A stretch of DNA of 64,000 bases from Podarcis muralis (Eukaryota), in the NCBI RefSeq assembly GCF_964188315.1, contig NC_135656.1, positions 112,902,001 through 112,966,000 on the forward strand, written 5' to 3'. Shown here piece by piece: positions 59,401 to 64,000 of this stretch. The position numbers were made by a program, and so were the translations under genes. Below the pieces are notes generated by a model. It saw only the letters and a list, made by a program, of their open reading frames with translations. It made no database searches and was not told where the DNA came from. How positions within the stretch are numbered: the first letter of the stretch is position 1; every line of letters starts with the position of its first letter.

Positions 59401-62274
59401 ATCAAGCCACAGGCTTCTTCACTTTAGCATCGTGTTCTTGCATTGGCCAACCAGAGGTGGCTGGAAGCCTAAAGAACCAGCAGCACTCTGCCCCCCTCTG
59501 TTTCCCTGCAAGGGGAACTCAGCTGCTTAGTATTGATAACTGATTGGAGTCATGCAGAGGTTTGGAGCCCGTTGTCAGCAATATGCTGGTGACTCTCCTT
59601 TACACCTTCAGGTGAGGCAGTGGAAGTGCTGGACCGTTGTCTTGTCTCCACAATGGACTGGATGAGAGCCAACAAACTGCAGCTCAACCCAGATAAGACT
59701 GAGGAGCTATTAGTGGAAGGACCCCTAGACTGGATGGGTGGGAGATGGGCTGCTTTTGATAGGGTTACGCTTCCTCTGATGGATTGGGTACATAGCTTGG
59801 TGGTAGTACATGGGGCTGCCTCTGAAGACAGTTTGGATTATTTGGTTGCTCTTGTTTTTATTTTTATTATGAATTATATATTTTTATACTGTGATTTTAT
59901 CTCATGAACCACCCAGAGCATAGCTGTCAAGTGTCGCTTATTTGAAGGGACAGTCCCTTATTCCAGCGCCATGTCCCGCTGCTGTCCCTTATTGATAGAT
60001 GTCCCTTAAATGTCCCTTAAATGATGTCCCTTAAATTTCAAAGGAAGCAGCTCCTCTCCCTCCCTCCCTGCCGGCCAGGGAGGAGGGAGGCTCCAACTGT
60101 GTTGCTTGGCTGTGTTGCTCACCCAATAAGAAGTCTAAGAACGACTGGGGGGGTGGAGCTTGCATGCCTTGTGTGTGGCTAGTTAATGCAAGCTGAGGAG
60201 GTTTTTGAATGCTGGGCGCCATTTTGTTGCACGTGCTGCTGCAAACTTTGCAGTGCAAAGCCAGGCCGGGGAGCCATCTTAAGTTGAGGCTGCATAGGCC
60301 TTGTGGTGCATGTGATTCAGATTCTATTCAGTTGAACCTCTGGTTACAAAGTTGGTTGGACAGTGTTCTCGAAGCAACCAGCATGAGTTTGACCAGACTG
60401 CAGGAGGACAGGAAGACTGCAGTGTCTGGAACAGGTGAGGCTGCAGGTCCCTTATTTTGGCTGCTGGTCCCTTATTTTCAAATCTGTAAGTTGACAGCTA
60501 TGACCCAGAGACGTGCGGGTATAGGGTTGTATACAGAATTGATAACAACAACAACAACAACAACAACAGTAGAACTGGCTCCACTGACATCCTCCCTCCC
60601 TCCCTTTCTTTCTTTCCATCCAGGATATTGGAAGCTTCTTGCAGAGGTAAGTGATGGGAAACCCCACCTTATTCTGATGCTATGAATTTTCCTGTTTAAC
60701 AGGTGAGAGCCTCACTCTCCACTTCCTCCATCCAGAGATAATGCAGGACTCCATCGTCCATTTCACAAAATCGCAGACAAAAATAGGGACACATTTTTGT
60801 GGTAGCTATTGGTTCCATCTAAGCTCACAGTCAGGAAGCCATTCCCATTGCATGTTTCTGAAGGCTCTTCTCTGTGATGGATTCATTTACTCTGCAATTG
60901 ATACAAAAAGGGGGGACATCCCAAAGGGGCTTGTAAATATCTTCACTATAACTTACCCTTAAATATCCAGCGTATTTCTGGCTTCTGCAGGTTCTTCTTC
61001 AGACATAAGAATGTGAGAAAGGGCCCTACTGGATCCACCCAGTGGCCCATCTAGTCCAACATCCTGTTTTCACAGTGCTGAACCAGATGCCAGTGAGAAA
61101 CCCGCGATCAGGATCCGAGCCCCAGAGGACACTCCCCTCCTGTGGTTCAGAGGCACCACTGCCTTTGATGCAGCCATTGTGAATAGTAGCCGCTGAGAGT
61201 CTTGTCCTCCAGACAACTTAAGACTTTCTAATATTTTATAGATATTACTTTCTAATATTTTCTAATATTTTCCCCATTATTAAAATATAGCTACTGTGCT
61301 AAAATACATTTATAATGTTAATTGCAAAAACCATTCTAAAGGATTCTGAATTTCCTTATTTTTCAGAAATGCACATACCAGATCAATATGTTTTGCTCAT
61401 TAATCACTTGAAATGCTTCACTAAAACTGGTGTAGTCCTAAAATCTCCACGTAAGGACCCAGTGTTGCTCAGTTTCCTAAAAAAAATAATTTGAAGGTAA
61501 AGAAGCTGATATATGTGGTCTCAAACTCCTATATTTCCTTCAGCGTATTTTGGAAGCGGGTGTGTGTTGGTTTTTCTTCAACTTCTTAGATGCTTTCTAA
61601 ATCCACACATCATCTAGATGCTCCCTTTTGTCATAGGAAAACCCTGCTCCCAAGTCTTCATGATATATCCATCATGCCTTTATCATCAGGATGAGACCCC
61701 TGCCTTGTCAGAAAGCTCCTTGCATTGGAAGGATGTTGGCTTGACTTTGTTCTTCTCCTCCCAGGTCTCATGAGAAGGAGAACTTAGAGGATCCTCCTGT
61801 GGCTTTTCCTCCTGCCCTGAAGTGGAGGATCTGGGACTTCGGAGATATAAATCCCTTCCTGGAGGGAGTCATGCAGCAGTTCAGAGGTTAGTAAAGAAGG
61901 GCTGAAAGTATTTTATACTGGCTGTTTAGAAGTGTTCATGACAGGCTCCAGATCATACGGAATATTAGCCATGCAAGGAAAATGGTTTTTTTGTTTATAC
62001 TTTTTCAATATCTAGAAGTCACACTTTGATATGTAGATGATTCACAACTGATTTTACTTATGCAATTGAAAGAGGACGATAAACCCTTCTTGCTGGTCTC
62101 TGGAATCACTCCAGCTGGTGTAGCCAGTGGTTAGGGATGATGGGACTTGTAGTCCACAACACCTGGCTACAATCTCATGAGCTCATATTGTTCTTTCTTT
62201 GATGGTGTGATGCTAAATCTCTGTTCCCTTTTCTTTTCCAGACACTGTGGAATATGGACTTCAGCTTCAAAAAG
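56445..62274 (+). CDS. TRIM gene F, partial; SPRY exon lies right of the window
   Basis: Exons 56445-56879, 57391-57486, 59001-59231, 60624-60646, 61765-61886, 62242-62274 are in frame with GT-AG sites. Confidence 0.9.
57536..58732. mobile_element. Non-autonomous hAT (Charlie-like) element carrying the PKD2 fragment
   Basis: Exact 8-bp TSD GTCTAGAA at 57528-57535 and 58733-58740. Termini CAGTGGTTCCCAAAC ... GTTTGACACCCGTG. The paralogous empty site gctatagtctagaatcaatatc is in gene A. Confidence 0.85.
57958..58528 (-). pseudogene. PKD2: Captured fragment of polycystin-2 exon 1 (in-frame stop, frameshifts)
   Basis: The minus frame gives [56 protein letters not shown] and later (EQPP)RLAGAKGMANRLR-G|gtgagt. 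This matches, as recalled, the PKD2 N-terminus ([45 protein letters not shown]) and its phase-1 exon-1 donor. Confidence 0.9.
59919..60502. mobile_element. hAT element (CATAGCTGTCAA TIR) containing a small BovB piece
   Basis: Exact 8-bp TSD ACCCAGAG. Confidence 0.85.
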
Positions 62275-63008
62275 GTACATTTAATAATAACAATAATAAT
62301 TTATTATTTATACCCCGACCATCTGGCTGGGTTTCCCCAGCCATTTTCCAAGGCAAAATTCGGGAGAGATGGGATCTGCTTCTCAAAAGACCAGGCCACT
62401 GCAGCTCTTCCGCCATGCCTTATTTTCCCTTATTTCCCGGAGGCATATGATGAGTGAGAGCAGCATGCTGGGCTAGAGGGGCTCTTGGCCTGATCCTGCA
62501 GACTCTTAGGAACCCCCCAGCCCAGGATGGCTGGCTTTTCTGTGCCCAATCTCAATAAGACACAGGGGTGGTGTGAAGCCAAAGGGGGAAATATCCCTTT
62601 GAGCCATACAGGGTCCCCACCCCTTTTATGTAAGAGTAAGGTGTAAGAGTGGGAAATGCATGAACACAAATAGCTCAGAAAATGGCCGCAACAACCTTTG
62701 GGGGCGAGAAGGTGAATGGGTTCTGGTGTCAGTGGAGGGAGCTGGAGGCTGCCTGAGTGTGAACTCCAGGGGTCCGGCTTCCCTGCAAGATGGGGGTCTT
62801 CCCTCAGCTTTTCTGTTGGAGAGGAGACATGATGTCTCTGCTTAAACTAGAGAAACTTGAGTAAACTTAAAAGAGCAGGACAGAATTGCACCACAGACCA
62901 GGGGAAAAAGCCCAATGGGAAGACAGAAGTCCAGTCTGGCCTGATCCTGAAAACCACAAAAAGGGATCCATAAGAGCTGGAAAAGGTGCAGCAGATGGCA
63001 GCATAAAG

Positions 63009-64000
63009 CAGTGTTTCCCAACCGGTGTTCCGCGGCACACTAGTGTGCCGCCAGACGTTGCCTGGTGTGCCGCGGGAAAAATTGGCGGGGGGGGGGAATA
63101 AAGGGGAAAAAAATTATTCCCCCACCGCCAGGCGTGGGGCTGGGGCGGGGGAAGCCCGAGCTTCCCCCTCCCCCAGAACGGGACCCAGAGCCATGCCGAA
63201 GCTGCGCGCAGCTTTGGCATCGCTCTGGGAGCTTGCGGGGCTGGGGGAGGAGGAAGCCCTCCGCCAGCCTCCAAACCATGTCGGGAGACAGCGGGATGGC
63301 GCGCTGCGCCTCTCCCGCTGTCCCCCGAGTTTGCAGGGCTGGCGATGGGGAGGAGCAGGCTTCTCCCCCCGCCAGCCTTCCAGCCAAGTCGGGGGGCAGC
63401 GGCAAGGGCGCGCTGCGCCTCTCCCGCTGTCCCCCGAGTTTGCAGGGCTGGCGATGGGGAGGAGCAGGCTTCTCCCCCCGCCAGCCTTCCAGCCAAGTCG
63501 GGGGGCAGCGGCAAGGGCACGCTGTGCCTCTCCCGCTGTCCCCCGAGTTTGCGGGGCTGGCGATGGGGAGGAGCAGGCTTCTCCCCCCGCCAGCCTTCCA
63601 GCCAAGTCGGGGGGCAGCGGCAAGGGCGCGCTGCGCCTCTCCCGCTGTCCCCCGAGTTTGCAGGGCTGGCGATGGGGAGGAGCAGGCTTCTCCCCCCGCC
63701 AGCCTTCCAGCCAAGTCGGGGAGCAGCGGCAAGGGCACGCTGTGCCTCTCCCGCTGTCCCCCGAGTTTGCGGGGCTGGCGATGGGGAGGAGCAGGCTTCT
63801 CCCCCCGCCAGCCTTCCAGCCAAGTCGGGGGGCAGCGGCAAGGGCGCGCTGCGTTTCTCCGCTGTCCCGGACGGCTTTCAAAAGCCTGCCTTCAAAAGCC
63901 GTCCGGGACAGCGGAGAAACGCGCTGCCTTTCTCCGCTCTCCTGGGAAGGCAGGCAGGGGGGAGCAAAGACTTTCGCCCCCGCCCGCCTTCAGAAGAGGT
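63009..64000. mobile_element. hAT-type element with a GC-rich tandem array, in TRIM F intron 6 (continues beyond the window)
   Basis: Starts CAGTGTTTCCCAACCGG; absent in paralogous introns. Confidence 0.7.
63293..63868. repeat. 109-bp GC-rich tandem repeat, about 5.3 copies
   Basis: The CGCTG(C/T)GCCTCTCCCGCTGTCCCCCG motif recurs at 63302, 63411, 63520, 63629 and 63738; a truncated variant at 63847 keeps the 109-bp spacing. Confidence 0.95.

Noticed and set aside
1504-62274. Assigning specific symbols (TRIM27, TRIM39, TRIM7, TRIM5) or MHC linkage
   Set aside because: Squamate RING-B30.2 TRIMs are lineage-specific expansions; orthology and chromosomal position cannot be determined from this window.
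63293-63868. CRISPR-like array
   Set aside because: Contiguous tandem units with no unique spacers, in a vertebrate genome.
62867-63881. Long ORFs of 232-324 aa (and 60..629)
   Set aside because: They run through the GC-rich 109-bp tandem array, which lacks stops; the translations are repetitive and inside a TE.

Overview
Eukaryotic genomic DNA from a squamate reptile, probably a lacertid lizard: it carries Sauria SINEs plus BovB, CR1, L2 and L1 LINE fragments. The window is a tandem and inverted cluster of RING/B-box2/coiled-coil/PRY-SPRY (B30.2) TRIM genes, labelled A-F here. A (partial), B and C are on the minus strand; E and F (partial) are on the plus strand. All share one 7-exon plan: 405-435/96/231/23/122/33/509-560 nt. 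B, C and E splice by hand into uninterrupted ORFs of 480, 484 and 489 aa. Between the two arrays lies a divergent RING-less B-box locus (D) and orphan exon relics. A, B, E and F have a GAS (TTCCNGGAA) and an ISRE-like motif within about 100 bp upstream of the ATG; C and D keep the GAS but have a degenerate ISRE. The coiled-coil exon is nearly invariant between paralogues while the SPRY loops are highly divergent, as expected for an interferon-inducible antiviral array. The most striking item is in intron 2 of gene F: a 1.2-kb non-autonomous hAT-type DNA transposon with an exact 8-bp TSD (GTCTAGAA). It carries a captured genomic fragment of PKD2 (polycystin-2) exon 1 with its splice donor, i.e. 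a Pack-TIR-like element. The window also holds a young 5'-truncated L1, several solo LTRs, nested insertions and a 662-N assembly gap. All gene models and comparisons were read by eye; no alignments or database searches were run.
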